Shown here piece after piece: positions 21,098 to 33,898 of a stretch of DNA of 39,675 bases. Numbering within the stretch: position 1 is the stretch's first letter; each line of letters starts with the position of its first letter. The notes under the pieces were generated by a model. The model searched no databases. It saw only the letters and a program-made list of their open reading frames with translations, and had not been told where the DNA came from. A program made the translations under genes and the position numbers. Where the stretch lies: contig JAVECO010000201.1 in assembly GCA_051942205.1 (NCBI GenBank), positions 1-39,675 on the forward strand, in the 5' to 3' direction. The stretch comes from Coniocarpon cinnabarinum. Its lineage: Eukaryota.

Positions 21098-24000
21098 TTA
21101 TCTCCTTTCGACCAACCACACCCACATAACCCCCAACCCCGCCGCTAACCCTCCAACCGTCACCCCGACAAGCCCCCACACATCTCTGACGAGCGCTTGT
21201 GTATCAAAACCAAACGTCGATAAGATGACCGCCCCGGGCACCTCGATATCCAACGAATACTTCTTGTCCACGAGTCGCAGCTCCTTGACTTCATTGACGA
21301 TCAGACCCTCGAATCCATAATGGAAAATGCTCAGATTTTGCAGCCAATGCAGCCCCGTCGGAATCGATTCCCGATTCAGCAAGAAGCCCGCGAAGAGGAG
21401 CGAGAAGAGCATCGTCAGACTGCCAATGAGATTAGCAACCCCTGGATTCCGTACCAGTATGCCTAGGAAGAGACAGATCGCCGCGGCCGCGAAATTGAAG
21501 AGGATGAGGAAGGACAGGAATGTCAGAAAGTGCGGCCATGACGGCAACAGGCCGGTCATGGGGTATACAATACCGCCAAGGATGACGGGCGGGATGAGTC
21601 GAAGTGGCACGATGTCGAAGAGAACTTTGGCGGCGAAGTAACTGACCGGGCTGTAGTAGCCTTTTGCTCGTTCTCGCACGAAGAGTAAGCGTTCGGCGCT
21701 GAAGACTGTCAAGCTGGTGAGCGTCGAGAAGCCGAAGAGGGCCAGGACGAAGAAGAAGAGCCCGAGTCGGTTTTGGAAGCCAGAGATGCTGTCTGTCAAG
21801 CCGAAGAAGAGGAAGCCTAGGAACACAGCCAGAAGAATGGCAATGGCGTAGTGTGTGAGCATGAGCATGGGATTGCGGTAGAGATTGCGCCAAGTGCGAA
21901 CGGCGAGGATGAGGAATTGGCCAGGTATGCCGACTTTCTTGTAGCCCTTGACTTTGGGTAGCGGGGCGCCAACGGGGCTGTTCGGAGATGAGGATGACGA
22001 GGGAGTCGTGTTGTTGTTGGTGGGAGTTGTGCTGCCATTTGAGCTTGTGGCAGCGCCGTTGGGACCGTTCGCGGATTTAGCAGAAGCGACCGACGAGCGT
22101 ATATCATCGGCGAGGGATACTGCCACATCTGAGGTGGCATACGCGGTGACAAGGTTATCAAGGTCGGAGGAAGAGCGAGGGTGTCGTTGGCGGTGTGTCT
22201 CGGGAAGAGGGTCGTCTTGTGTCAGGTCATTAAGCAGCAGCTGCCCTTCCTCGCCGAAATTCGTCGGAGTTACAGGAGATTTTGGACGCTGGTGTTGCGG
22301 TTTCTTGCGCGTGAACAGTTCACGAGCTTGTTGATCAGCGACTGAGATGCGGCGGTTTGCTTCGTTGGAGCGGCGAACAGCCTCATGAGATGGGCGAGTG
22401 GTCGTGATGCCCCTTCGTTCTCGGTCAGACGATGAAGAGTCGTCTTCGTCTTCCGAGCCGATGTCGGAATACTCAGCTTTGAGGTTGGATTTGCTCGTGA
22501 CCGACTTGACGGCGAGAAGGCTCGATGAGCGGGTGGCTGGGTCAGCGGCCTCGGCAGCGATCACGTCGTCCATAGGAGAGTGTTGAGAGCCTGCGTGCAT
22601 AGTGAGATCAACCAGGTAATCTGCAATATTGAAGCCAGGTGGACAGGCGTAGCCAATGCTATCGAAATATCCCTGACAGCTCGAGAAAGGTCCGGAATAG
22701 ACGGTTCGACCCTGTGCTAGTAATATGAGCTGATCAAAAAGGGCCACGATGTTGGAGCGAGGCTGATGTATGGTAAACACAACCGTTCTGTTGTAAGTCT
22801 TGACGAGGTTGACCAGACACTCGATCACATTGTACGCGTTGTACGCATCAAGACCTGATGTCGGCTCGTCGAGGAAGAGGATCGAAGGACTAGTGATTAG
22901 CTCACAGGCTATGCCAACACGACGTTTTTCACCGCCTGAGATGCCTCTTGTCTCTTCAGATCCCACGATTGAGTCTCGTATCTGATGGATGCCTAATTGC
23001 CTTTCCACGTCCTCGACACGTCGCTCTTTTGCGCCAATCGGCATATCAGCGGGGAGTCGAAGTTTTGCGCTGTCCAGGATCGTCTCATGAACAGTCAATG
23101 TTGGCAGCATAATGTCGTCCTGATCGACAAAGCCAATGACACTACGGAAGTCCGAGTCTGATATAATTTCCCCATTGACATAGAATTCGCCGGTGCTGGT
23201 TCCCTTCTTGTTCTTGCGAGCGAGGATGTCAAGGAATGTAGTTTTCCCGGCACCAGAAGCACCCATGATAGCCATAAGTTCACCGGGTCGGACTGCACCT
23301 TGAACTCTATTCAAGATCTGTTTGCCGTTGACTGCATACGAGACGTTTTCGAAGTGCAACGAGGCCGGACGGTGATCCGCCATGAGCATGTCGTCTCTGT
23401 CATCTTCGGAGCTGAGGCTAATAGCGGTGTACCGTCTCCGGTTCGATCGTCGCGAGAGCCACCAAATGAGGAGCACCACTGCCACGATGAAGATGGAAGA
23501 ACCTGCAATCGCGCCAGCGACGACTGGAGTGTTTATCTTTTTGATCGGCTTCTCAAAGCCCGGCACATCCATCTTGTATAAACACTCGCCAGAGTTACAA
23601 CTCAACGTGATACTCTTGTCACCAAAGACACTCGATATCATGTCATCCATGGCAGGCTCTGTGAAAACGCTCGTGCTGGGTCCGGAGCCTGAATGCTCTT
23701 CCCGAAATGCGCCCGGACCCTTGATCTCTTCCGCCAAAAAGTCAGAAAGGTCGATGCCAATACCTTCGCCGCAAAGTTGGCGCCCCGGCACGCAGCGGCA
23801 ATGGATGTTTTCGCACTGATAATTGGTGACATTCTTCTTCTCTTGCGCATCAAAATTCCAGCTGCAAGTGTCTAGCCCACAGTAGAACGACTCTTCTCCA
23901 CCGATCCAGACTGCACGCTGCATCAGCACGTATCTTAAACATAGGCAAAGAAGCTGCACTCACACTGGAAATTGCACGTCTTCGCATCCGCATTGCACGA

Positions 24001-24561
24001 AAACGTGACCTGCGCTTTCTTTGGACTCAATTGCTCGACGATCTGCTTGTTTGTTACATCACACATCTGATGGTTCTCCTTCTGTACCAGCCCCTGCTTG
24101 TAACAAATCATGTCGTCGTCCGTCGTGCCCTCTGGCTTGAGTGGGCCACATGCCTCGTCCATTTTGCACACATTGCAATTCAAGCCTTCCCAGCCATCGG
24201 CGCAGTCACATCCTAGCGACTTCTCCGGGTGATCTGGATCTTTCTGCTTGTTGTTGAACGGCCGATCCTCTCCATCGGCAAGTGAGCCGCACAAGGGCTT
24301 GGAGCAGTCCTGATCACCGAAACCCGGTGGGCATGTGCAGAGCCCCGAGCTTGTGCTGCAGTTGCCGAACTGCATGCATGGCGTATCTTCGAGATTGCAG
24401 TTGAAACAAGAAGGGCATGGAGGGCAGCCGGGAGGTCTGTCGTCGAAGATGGAAACGTCGCGAGGTAACAAATTAGGTGTCCATGCGTTGTCGTATGTGT
24501 TGAAGTGTATGGCGTGCGCAACGCTCGCAAGCACAGTCGACCAAATCCATGCTTGTCTCAT
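21098..24561 (-). CDS. ADP1: ADP1-type ABCG half-transporter with an N-terminal signal peptide and EGF-like Cys-rich ectodomain (~1136 aa); exons 24561-23964 and 23910-21098
   Basis: Signal peptide [44 protein letters not shown] and [15 protein letters not shown]. Intron 23911-23963 joins [15 protein letters not shown]. Then a TM segment, Walker A GASGAGKT, signature ISGGEKRR, Walker [17 protein letters not shown] and a C-terminal ABC2 membrane domain. Confidence 0.93.
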
Positions 24562-25206
24562 CTTGAAGAGAATGCAGAATCGGTATATGTAGGATGTAAC
24601 ATTCACGCAAGCGAGGACGCGCCCGGCCGAATCTGACTTCTGCGTGACACGCGCGGCGCCATGGAGACACAAAGATTCCTAGAAAGCCTTGTGCTGCGAT
24701 GGACCGGGAAAGCGAAGCTCAGGACAAAAGGAATAAGCCAGTAGAGAGGTAGCAAGAAGTTGCCAGGCGGCCGAGTGAGTAGTGTACCTAAGGTGGCGGT
24801 GATATCCCGCAGCGTGCACGGACCTCACGTGGCTACGAAACAGAGCAATCATGAGATCAACGAGATACGACAACGATACGCAATTGCATAGGCCAAAACG
24901 CTAAAGGATGCAATGAAGGCAAATTACACCGAGGTAGATTACAGATTGCATTCGTCTATCTTCAGCTGAGATTGACTCTGCAATGGGTATCTTTTGACTG
25001 TGCTGCTCTCCTTCCGCTGCGACCTTCAGTCTGGCAGGCCCAAAGCGCAAAATTCACACATACGGACCGTCCATCTTACACGGAGGTCGTTATTCCTGTG
25101 TATCTCTCCCGTGGTGTTCTCCAGATGAGACCGCAGTCTGCAATTTTGTTGCATACTCCCTATTCCATAACTCTTCGTGGAAAATGAAGTGATGATCGGG
25201 CTATTC

Positions 25207-25220
25207 TTTTTTTTTTTTTT
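25207..25220. repeat. T14 homopolymer followed by (CGATT)2
   Basis: Directly visible; lies downstream of the cyclin stop (A-tract on the minus strand). Confidence 0.9.
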
Positions 25221-25503
25221 CGATTCGATTCGTTTCTGTTCCGTGCTCCTTCACTTGGCTGTGAGCTTGCGTCATTGTTTCACTGGCAAGACTGCGCCAG
25301 CGAAAACTGCCAAGCCCACATTCACAAGTGACTTGTAGGAATTCGATGTTGTGAGAAGCATCCCTGGAATGGTTTATTATGCTGATGATCTTGCTAATAG
25401 AAAGACAAGTCGCTGAACGCTATCACAATTTTTGGGTGATATGATGACAAGGGATTGCAATGAGTGTGCTATGGCAAAGCCAAGTTGCCAGATGGTACTC
25501 CAG

Positions 25504-26742
25504 CTAATGACCATAGTAGGTGGCACCGCTGCGATGGATGGTTGAGTACATGGCGTGCAAGTCCGGGTGGGACGTGTATTGCTCTGTACTAGGAGGTGGC
25601 GTATATGCTGACGGGATCCAAGACTCGGTGCCAGCCTTAAGGCCTTGTTGCTGCGCACATTGGGGTCCATCCGGAGTGATTGGCGGCGTCATGTAGCCGT
25701 AAGCAGACATCGGACCTGGTTGACCCTTTTGTGGTGTGGATGGAAGAACCAGGGATGGAGCCACGGGTTGAGACTCTGGAAGAAAGCCGACGGGCGGCGT
25801 GTGGGGGGCATTGGCACGATCCAGACGATCTTGACGCATCATAAACAGTTCCATGGCCTGTGCTACCGATGACATCTGTGGCGTCGAGTATTTCGCAACC
25901 AGCACACGCGAGGGCATTCTGGCCTTTCGGTAGAGCTCCATGAAAACTGGATACTGATAGTCGCCGGACCAGTAGTTGGAGTTGTCGACCTGCTTGGAAA
26001 GCACGCATCGGGCAAGGGCAAGGGCCGCCCTTGACAGCACCGACGGCGCGACAGACACGAAGTCGCGGTGGTAGAGGGCCGTCTCGCAGATGTAGCTTGT
26101 CAAGTGCTCCACCTGCATGTCGACAGCTTCCTCGGAAAGAAGAATTTGAAGGAAAGCGTCCACAGTAGGGTGTCCAATGGTCCAATCCAGGGTCACCAGA
26201 ACATGCCACTCCATCTGAGTGAACATCTCTTCCTCGTATACGGAGCAACACATCGATTTGAGCTCGGTGACAGTGGGAACACGGTCCTTGCGGTCGCCGT
26301 ACTTGGCTGCAACGAGCAGAGCTGCACAACCAACCAGTTGGTAGTGACGCTTGTACACGACCCGGCGAGAGCAGTACCGGTCAAGAATGTTGACGGCCAA
26401 GTAAAGAGTCTCTGGAAGTAGCACAAAAGATGTGTGCGCCTCGATGAGGAAGTCGAGAAGGTATGGCCGCATCGACCATTGGATCTCAGTCTGCATGTCG
26501 ATGAAGAGCACATCAGGAAGTGTGTCGTGCTCCATTGACTCCATGTGATCAAGGATGTCGTCTTGATATTCGTCTGCAGTAATGTTGGACAGCTCCATGG
26601 CCAGCTCGCGTTGCTTCTGGCGAGCAGCCGAACGATGCTTCTGTCTCTGCTCTTGACGTTGTGCGTATAGGCCGTCCCATGACTTTTCAGATTCGACAAA
26701 GAAACTGGAGCAGCGTCCGTATTGCAACTGACGGTGAGCCAT
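25504..26742 (-). CDS. G1/S-type cyclin (Cln3/Ccn1/Puc1-like), 412 aa
   Basis: Cyclin box 'IDMQTEIQWSMRPYLLDFLIEAH...PETLYLAVNILDRYCSRRVVYKRHYQLVGCAALLVAAKY', 'QMEWHVLVTLDWTIGHPT', a cyclin C-lobe, and a PEST-like C-tail with TP sites (HTPP, STPQ, MTPPITP, YTPP). Confidence 0.92.
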   Translation of the reverse strand: MAHRQLQYGRCSSFFVESEKSWDGLYAQRQEQRQKHRSAARQKQRELAMELSNITADEYQDDILDHMESMEHDTLPDVLFIDMQTEIQWSMRPYLLDFLIEAHTSFVLLPETLYLAVNILDRYCSRRVVYKRHYQLVGCAALLVAAKYGDRKDRVPTVTELKSMCCSVYEEEMFTQMEWHVLVTLDWTIGHPTVDAFLQILLSEEAVDMQVEHLTSYICETALYHRDFVSVAPSVLSRAALALARCVLSKQVDNSNYWSGDYQYPVFMELYRKARMPSRVLVAKYSTPQMSSVAQAMELFMMRQDRLDRANAPHTPPVGFLPESQPVAPSLVLPSTPQKGQPGPMSAYGYMTPPITPDGPQCAQQQGLKAGTESWIPSAYTPPPSTEQYTSHPDLHAMYSTIHRSGATYYGH

Positions 26743-26854
26743 GGTTTCTGGATGCGGTAGAGGTGAAGAACAAAGTTTGCGACTGGCACTGTAGAGAGTG
26801 ACAATATCGGGGATGCTGTAATGAATGTGTTGGCCGATCTGTGTGAGGTGACGG

Positions 26855-27037
26855 CTGTATTAGTCTGAATTAGATACTGGTAATAAGGAGTGTGAACAAC
26901 GAAGACGAGAAGGACTGAAGGCAGTTGGCGCGAGGTTGAGGAGATGTCGACGGAGAGAAGGTCAGTTTTGAGGAGATCTAGAATTCATTTGAGGAATCAG
27001 CCGTGGATCTGCAGCAAGCTAATGAGATTGCACATAC
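26855..27037 (-). other. Predicted 5'-UTR intron of the cyclin gene (183 nt)
   Basis: Minus-strand AG|GTATGT donor at 27037; CTAAT branch point immediately before the TACAG acceptor at 26855, 112 nt upstream of the ATG. Confidence 0.6.
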
Positions 27038-28179
27038 CTCGCGAGAGAGCAGATCCCTTGCCAGAGCAGTGGGACGCAGCCTGATCGAAGCCTGGATTGC
27101 ACACAAGCTAATGTGTCTTCCGGCTATGGAATTTTCGAGGAGCGGGTTACGCAAGGATTGACGTTCCTGCTGCTCTTAGAGACTTGGAAGCCTTTGGGGC
27201 ACGCTGGATGGCGAGTTAGTGGCGGGCTGGCGCGCTTGACGCGAGTTGTGAATGAACGTCGAGATTGAAAAACGTGTGGGGCAGAAGGGAGGAGGACCGT
27301 CTCATTCCAATGGATTTTAAGGGGAGTGAGGGAATGCCAGGCTAGCCCGCACTAGCAGACCTGGGGTTCGCTTCAATCTGCGTGACGACTGAGATCGGGG
27401 GTTTGGACGCGGTTTTTGTGCTCGAGAGCTAATGTGTCGCTTTGCTTTTTTGGGAGAGGTGGTGAAAGGTGTTTGGCGGAAAGCAGGAGGCGGGAAAAAG
27501 AGTGGTCGGTACCTGGAGCGGTCGAGGGAGGCAGAGCGAGGCTCAGGTACTGCCTTCACCAACGCACGTCATGATGACGACAGGTACCATGGGTGAATGC
27601 AGCACCTCGAGAAAGCGTGTGGATTCTTGAATGCTACAATTCTTGGGTCGATAATGCCGTGCACCGAACCGGAGGTGTCTGAGTGGGGCGAAGCGGGTCG
27701 TGCCAATGATGGACCAGAGGTGAAGGAAAATGCGAGCTCCAAGCTGGCAGTGGACTTACAGGAGGATGCAGATGAGCAAGGTGAGCAAGTGAGGAACAGC
27801 ACTAGCCCCAGGGGAATGCTTTTCTGCGAAGCAAAAAGGTCGCTCGGCACGGTCAACGGTTGTCGAGTGACTGGAGAGCGGTGGAAGGAGTGTAGGTACA
27901 AAAAAGAGCGAGTCGGAGGTGGAAGACAGGTCCGCTGTCTCGTCGAGGAGATGGGATGGAAGACCTCGCGAGGTGGTCGTCGTGGCCCCTGTTGTCTCTT
28001 GGAAAGCAAGAGGAACAGATCTGCTTTCAAGCACCGGATGTCCTGGAAAGCATACGGGGCCCTGGCAGAACCGCTGGGTTCGATGACAGAGAACCTGGGG
28101 CTGCCGGCGGCGGCTGCTGCTGCTGCACAGTCTGGGGGTGGTGTGCCTCTCCGAGCTCTGCAGGACCAGAGGCTCGGGG

Positions 28180-28300
28180 AATGGAGGAGGACAGACAGGA
28201 ACAGGCGAAGGTGGGTGAGGGGGATGGAGGAAAGAAGAAGGGGAGGATGAACCGTGGGCGAGGATGGAGAGGAAGAGAGGTCGAGGAGTGAGGAGTGGTG
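28180..28300 (-). promoter_or_regulatory. Pyrimidine-rich (CT-box-like) tract; candidate cyclin transcription start region
   Basis: Strongly GA-rich on + (CT-rich on -). Such tracts commonly precede or overlap TSSs in filamentous fungi. Confidence 0.35.
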
Positions 28301-29899
28301 GATGCTGGTGCTGGTGCTGGTGCTGCGACAGGCGTGTGCGGGTGTGGGTGTGCAGCTCGACTAGTAACTAGCTCGACTGGCCCACGACTAGCGACCGAAG
28401 CAGCATGGCCGTCGCTGCACCGCTGCCATTGGCCGTGGACGTCTGTGGGCTCGACGACGGTGCCAACAGCCAATCCGTCCTCCCTCACTCCCTCCAGTCA
28501 TCCAAGGACCACCGCTTACTGACTGCCACTGCGTCTGAGAGTTGGCACCCCCGCCGGCCAGTGGTCCGCCTCGTCCTTCAGCTGCCTGCAGCATCACCCT
28601 CTCTCTGTAGTTCATCGCTCGCGGTCTCCATCCCATCTCATCTCGCTCCCTCTGCTTGATCCGCAATCTCCTCCCTATACATACTCCAGACTGCAACCCC
28701 CCTAGTAGTCGCTACCTACACGCTCCTGTCACACGCTGCCTAGCCCCTCGCCTCCACGTGTGTCAGAAAAAGCCATCTCCCGTACACCCGTCAATGGACC
28801 CTCTCGGCGTGGGCCCTTGCGCTGCTCCATCCCCGCCATGCTGTTGTACCGTGGTCGACGCGGCACGAAATCTCGAATCGGCACTGCACCTCTCACGCGC
28901 GGCCAGGTTGTGCCCTCTCTTCTCGCCGCGGTGTACATACGTACATCCACAGGTATCTCTGTACCCTCTCCGCCGCGCCGTGCGCCAGCAGTAGTCCAAA
29001 CGCTCCCTGCGGCGTCGACCCTGTCAGAAGGACGGATCGCTATGTCCTGTTGCAGGCGCTTGCGAAACTCCGGCGTTCGTTCGTCTGCCTGCTGCAACAG
29101 GGCCAAGGCGCGCTCAGACGAGATCCTGCCGGCCAATGCCTGAGTCGTCAGACGCCCGGCCCCGTTTCCTGGCTTGACAAGCTATTGCCTCTTTCGTGCC
29201 CCACTGTAATCTTTCAAACTTTGCCAAAGACGCGTCGTATCGCGTCCCAGCATGGAGATGGTGGTGCACTTACGCACGCGACACAAGCCCTTTATGTTCC
29301 CTGCTTGAATCGCTTCTCCCGGCTGAACCCTGTGTCCCAGATTTGAAATTTGGGCCTGGCCTTTAGCCCCCAAGCGCTGTGGCAGGCAGCGTGCACGGTG
29401 CCTACTCTGCTGTTCTCCAATAATTGTTCTGAGCTCCTACTTCACGAAGATGCATGGTAGTCTAGCGGTGTCATCGAGTGGCTGGCATTCGTTTGAGCCA
29501 GGGTCTGCAGCGTGTCTCACTTGGGCATCACGCACACGGTTTTATTTTCTCGAAAAGTCGACGGAAAGCCATCTGGGCGAGTGGCTTTGCCTAATCTCGC
29601 ACATCGGCAAAAGTGGCAGCTGATTCAGGCAGGGCTGCTCTCTGATCGGCAGTATTGGTGGCTGGTGCAGTGGTGGTGCCGGAGGACGGAGTATCGAAAA
29701 GTGTCTTTTTCCCCCTCGCCGGGCAAGGGATGATGCAGCACTGCAGCACTGCAGCCCTGCGCCGTGGCCTTGCAGGATCTCTCGCGTCCGCCCAACTGAA
29801 AGGCATCCTTCCGCTAGCCGTTAAGACGGGGATGCTGCAGCTGACGCTGCTGGTAAGCGAGACTCAAAATTTTGCCATGATGAGATGTGATGCCCGTCT

Positions 29900-29934
<35 letters not shown>
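29900..29934. repeat. (CCG)11 trinucleotide microsatellite, intergenic
   Basis: Perfect CCG run, directly visible. Confidence 0.95.
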
Positions 29935-29936
<2 letters not shown>

Positions 29937-31740
29937 GCCCGCCGCTTGCCGGCAGCAGTCAGGCAGTAATCACCGGCAGCGCGTATCTCTGCTCTCCGCA
30001 AACAACAGGCGCCCCCTAACACGCGCGTCGATTGACGGAGCACAGTCGCAAGGAGGTCGCTAGCTTTGCTGGCCCCTACTGAGAACCTGGCCCTCACGTC
30101 CTCTTCACCGAGCGCCCCTGAAAACGGTGCGACAGCCCGTATGTCAGGACAGCATCGCCAACGACCATATGCTGTACGGGTATACGGGTGCTCTCTGGCC
30201 GTGCTGTAAAGTCTTGGATGCAGCGTCGTCTGTGGGCTGTGGGCTGTGGGCTGTGGGCGACATCCTCGGCACCGCCACAGCGCTTGGCATCCGCCGACAA
30301 CCTCAGCATCTCAAACCGCTAGAGAGGCGACAATGACGACAGAGGGCCCTCGCACAAACGCTAAGAAGCGCGTATACCCGAACCTAGACGCGTGACGCGA
30401 CCCTGGCTTGGCAGTGCTTGGCAGTGCTTGGCAGCACGGCCTCTCGCGGTCACGCCTTCCCCATGCGTGCGCTTTCTGTCGCTCTCTTCCTTCACAAGAC
30501 GAGCTTGAGCCGCGTTCCAGACTCGTCACCACACGACTGTCAAGACGTTCGGTCCCTCAGCGAGCAAGGCCGCTGACACCAACCAGCCATCACATCCTTA
30601 GCCTGCAGCGCCGTTTGTCGGACGTGAGCTGAACTTAACATAGCCGTCTCCTGGCCTCGTCTTGCACGTCGCCCATCTTCCATTCCCCATTCATCCATCC
30701 GAGCATCCACCCACGCAGCCCTTCTGCCGCGTTGAGATATTTAATCTTGGCTCACGTCCCACACGTTGCTTCCCACTCGCGTCTTCTAAACCGCTCCTTG
30801 CCCCATTCGCTTCCCCTCTTCGCCATCCTTGCCGCATACATGAATGCCCCGCAGCGGCTCTTACTCCGTTGCTGGATGCAGCCTCTTCATTGCTGCTCGC
30901 ATGCCGCACATGTCATCCACCCAAGCCTGCTCTCTCCACCGCGAGGCTCATCCTTCGCGTTTCACCCTTTCGTCACGCCCCTCCGCCGGCTGCTCAAGCG
31001 TCGTTTGATGGTCCCTGGCCCCGCAAGAGCTTCATAGGTTAGTCATTGCCGCACTATAATCGAGTGTCTTTTCGCTAACAATGACCTTTCGCCGTTGTAC
31101 TTATATGTTTGTAACCTACATCGCAATCATCGTACAGGCTCGTCGCCCAGGGTGAGATTTGACAACGACTTTTGTCCCGGGCCCTTGCCGTGCACGGCGT
31201 GCTTCAGTAGTTTCGAGGTCTGGCCGGAACGACGGTGGCGGCGTTGACCAACATCCGAGGATCAACATCAAACGGCACAGCATCCTGAGCATGCTGCCAC
31301 AGCTTCTCCACAAAGTTTGCCTGAAATGCTCTGCTTCTCGGCTGCACCACCGTGGATGCGTCCTGTTGTGTCAGACTGCTTCCGTCTGGTTCCTTGTTAA
31401 GACGAAAGCGTCGAGCTTTGAATCTGCCGTGATCGTCACAGACCGACCTCGGCAGCGAACATAGAGGACCTCGTACGTGCTGTAGGCTGACTGGATGCAA
31501 GGAGCGTCCCGACCCTTGAACGTTGCACTGCTTTGTTCTGCAATTGAGCTCTGCATTAGAGGTTGTTCTGGACGAAGGTATTGTCGCGATAGAGCAATGG
31601 AGTAACCGAGCATACACGTGCCTCACGGTTTCGACTTTCTGCAAATTATTCAGACGCTTGTGTTGTGGCCTCAGATGGAATACGAGCGTGATTAAGTCAG
31701 GTGATAGTACAAGCTGATTCGACCCCAGCGTGTCGTTTTT

Positions 31741-33898
31741 TTACTCTTTTCCCAAGCCCACCAGCACAAGCGCAGCCACGTTCATCACTACAACAATAAC
31801 CCACATGACGATTGCCACAACACAAGTGAGTATGCTGTTCCTCATGTTCTTCTTCTCTTCTCCCGGTTGGCCTCCCGCTTCCATGTACTTCGCTCGACAT
31901 GTGAACCAAACCAAAGGCGCACTCACAAACGGCAAGATCACGCTCAGAGCCACTTGCGTTCCTTCCAGGGCAGCGCTCACCCCACTTTTGCCAACTGCAC
32001 CGGCGACGATGATGCTTGGTGTGATCGAGATGCTTCGGACGATCAGGCGTCGCACCCATGGCTTCACGCTCCACCCGAGCTGACCCTCGGACACCATCTG
32101 TCCAGCAATGGTGCAGACAATACCGGCAGAAGTCCCTGAAAGGAGCAGTGCCAGAGCGAAGACCGTACCCGCGAAAGGTGCGAGCGTGTGGCTGAACAGG
32201 TCGTGAATAGAGAAGAGACTCGCATCAGAAGCGTCGGGGATTCGAGAAAGTGTAGCGCCGGCGACAATGAGAATGGAACTGTTGACAAATAGCGCAAAGG
32301 TTCCTAAAGCGAGTGCCAGTTCGATGATGGAGTAGGACATGCATGATTTGATTGCTGCGAGCGAAGGCCGGTATGGCTCGTCGTGCAGTCGTGTATGCGA
32401 CGATGTTGATGCAGAGGAGGCTGAACTTCCCACTGATGTCGCAGATGGTGCTACAGAACGTGGTCTTTGCTCGCCGCTGGGCGAAGCACTATGCGAGCGT
32501 GGAGTCGACCGATCAGCTGCTTGATCTTGTGAATTTGTCGTCGCTGAAGATGAGCCATTGACCGTGCTAAACTTCCGATCGAACTGCTGCAGACGAGGTT
32601 GTACAATGCCGCTTCCTAGGTAGAGCGAGTGAGGCATGACAGTGGCTCCCAAGATTCCGCAAGCTTGATAAAGACTGAGTGACTGGTTAGCCGCAATACG
32701 GGGAGTATTCGAAGCCAACAGTTCCTCACCCTTGGGACTCGATGAGGGCGTGAGAAGGTACAAAGCCTCTGAAGATCTCCCCGATATCATCTTCGTGGAT
32801 CAAAGACAACTCAATACAGAAACAGATCACCACGCCGAGGATGAGGAACATCAAGAAGATCTCGAACCATCGCAAGCCCTTGACGCCACCGGCAGGACGA
32901 TAAAAGATGAGGATGATGAGCACATCCACGATTGAAATGGCGCAGCCTCCCACTAATGGGACTTTGATGAGGAGATTCAAGGCGATGGCCGTACCCAAGA
33001 CCTGGATGTCATCAGTCTACTAATTTTAGGGGTACATGCCTGGAACGACAAATGGATTGGGGGAGACCCATTTCCTTGGCTATCAGGCGATCATGGTGAA
33101 CCAAGTATGGTACTTTGTGGTCTATGGAAGGGGGGAGGAACCGAAGCAAGGTCAATGGATATGGTCCACGCACCTCAGCAATGTCTGTGGCAATGATGGC
33201 GGCTTCGGCAAAAAACCACAATATGTAGTTCAGCCAGGGAGGACAATGCAACTTGATGTTCTCGGCCAAGTTGAGACCAGTGACAGAACCCAGCTTGATG
33301 CAGAGAGACTGCAGAAATATCGCTATGATGTTGGATACTAGGATCATGACAAGTAGCGAGTATTTGTACGACGCTCCCGCAGCGACGTCTGTTGCGTAGT
33401 TGCCTGTAGAGTCTTGGTGAGCATTTCTCCTACACCACGCTATTTCATAGTATACGAACCTGGGTCAATGTAGGCCACGGCAACCATAAAACCCGGTCCA
33501 ATGAACTTTGCAAACTTGCAAAGCACTCTCCAAGTCCTGGCGAGTCTGCCGTTTGGTTGAACATCTTCAGGTGTTTGACCAGCAGCAGTAACAGATGCCT
33601 GTCCATCCTCGACTTTAGATTTGGCTACTGACGCCTTCTCGTCGTGTTCTAGAGCTCTTTGCTCTCTCTGAAAAGAATCTCTGCCGTCATGGCTGCAGGG
33701 TTCAGGAGGCTCATGGTTGTGGCCGACCGAGTCCAGTGCATCCTTTTCAGGCTGTTCCAGAGGTATTCTGTGATCCCGCAGATGGACCAAGTTTGGCCTG
33801 TTGCTAAATTCATTATTTGACTGCAATGCAAATGTGTCTGGATTCTGGTTCCAGCCATTGGGCAGCGCCTCTGGGTCGACTCGAGAAGGACAATTCAT
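31741..33898 (-). CDS. NRAMP-family divalent metal (Mn/Fe) transporter, SMF1/SMF2-like; exons 33898-33460, 33403-33174, 33001-32730, 32674-31741
   Basis: MNCPSR start; 'KFIGPGFMVAVAYIDPG|NYATD' (DPGN motif across intron 33404-33459); 'AIIATDIAE|VLGTAIAL' (intron 33002-33173); 'G|LYQACGILGATVMPHSLYLGS' (intron 32675-32729; MPH motif); 'LLLSGTSAGIVCTIAGQMVSEG' transport signature. Confidence 0.95.

Noticed and set aside
27569..29143. Many overlapping 100-217 aa ORFs upstream of the cyclin
   Set aside because: Low-complexity translations on both strands of GC-rich, purine/pyrimidine-skewed DNA with no domain motifs; better explained as leader and promoter sequence.
29655..30097. ORFs with poly-Arg tracts
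   Set aside because: Artefact of the (CCG)11 microsatellite.
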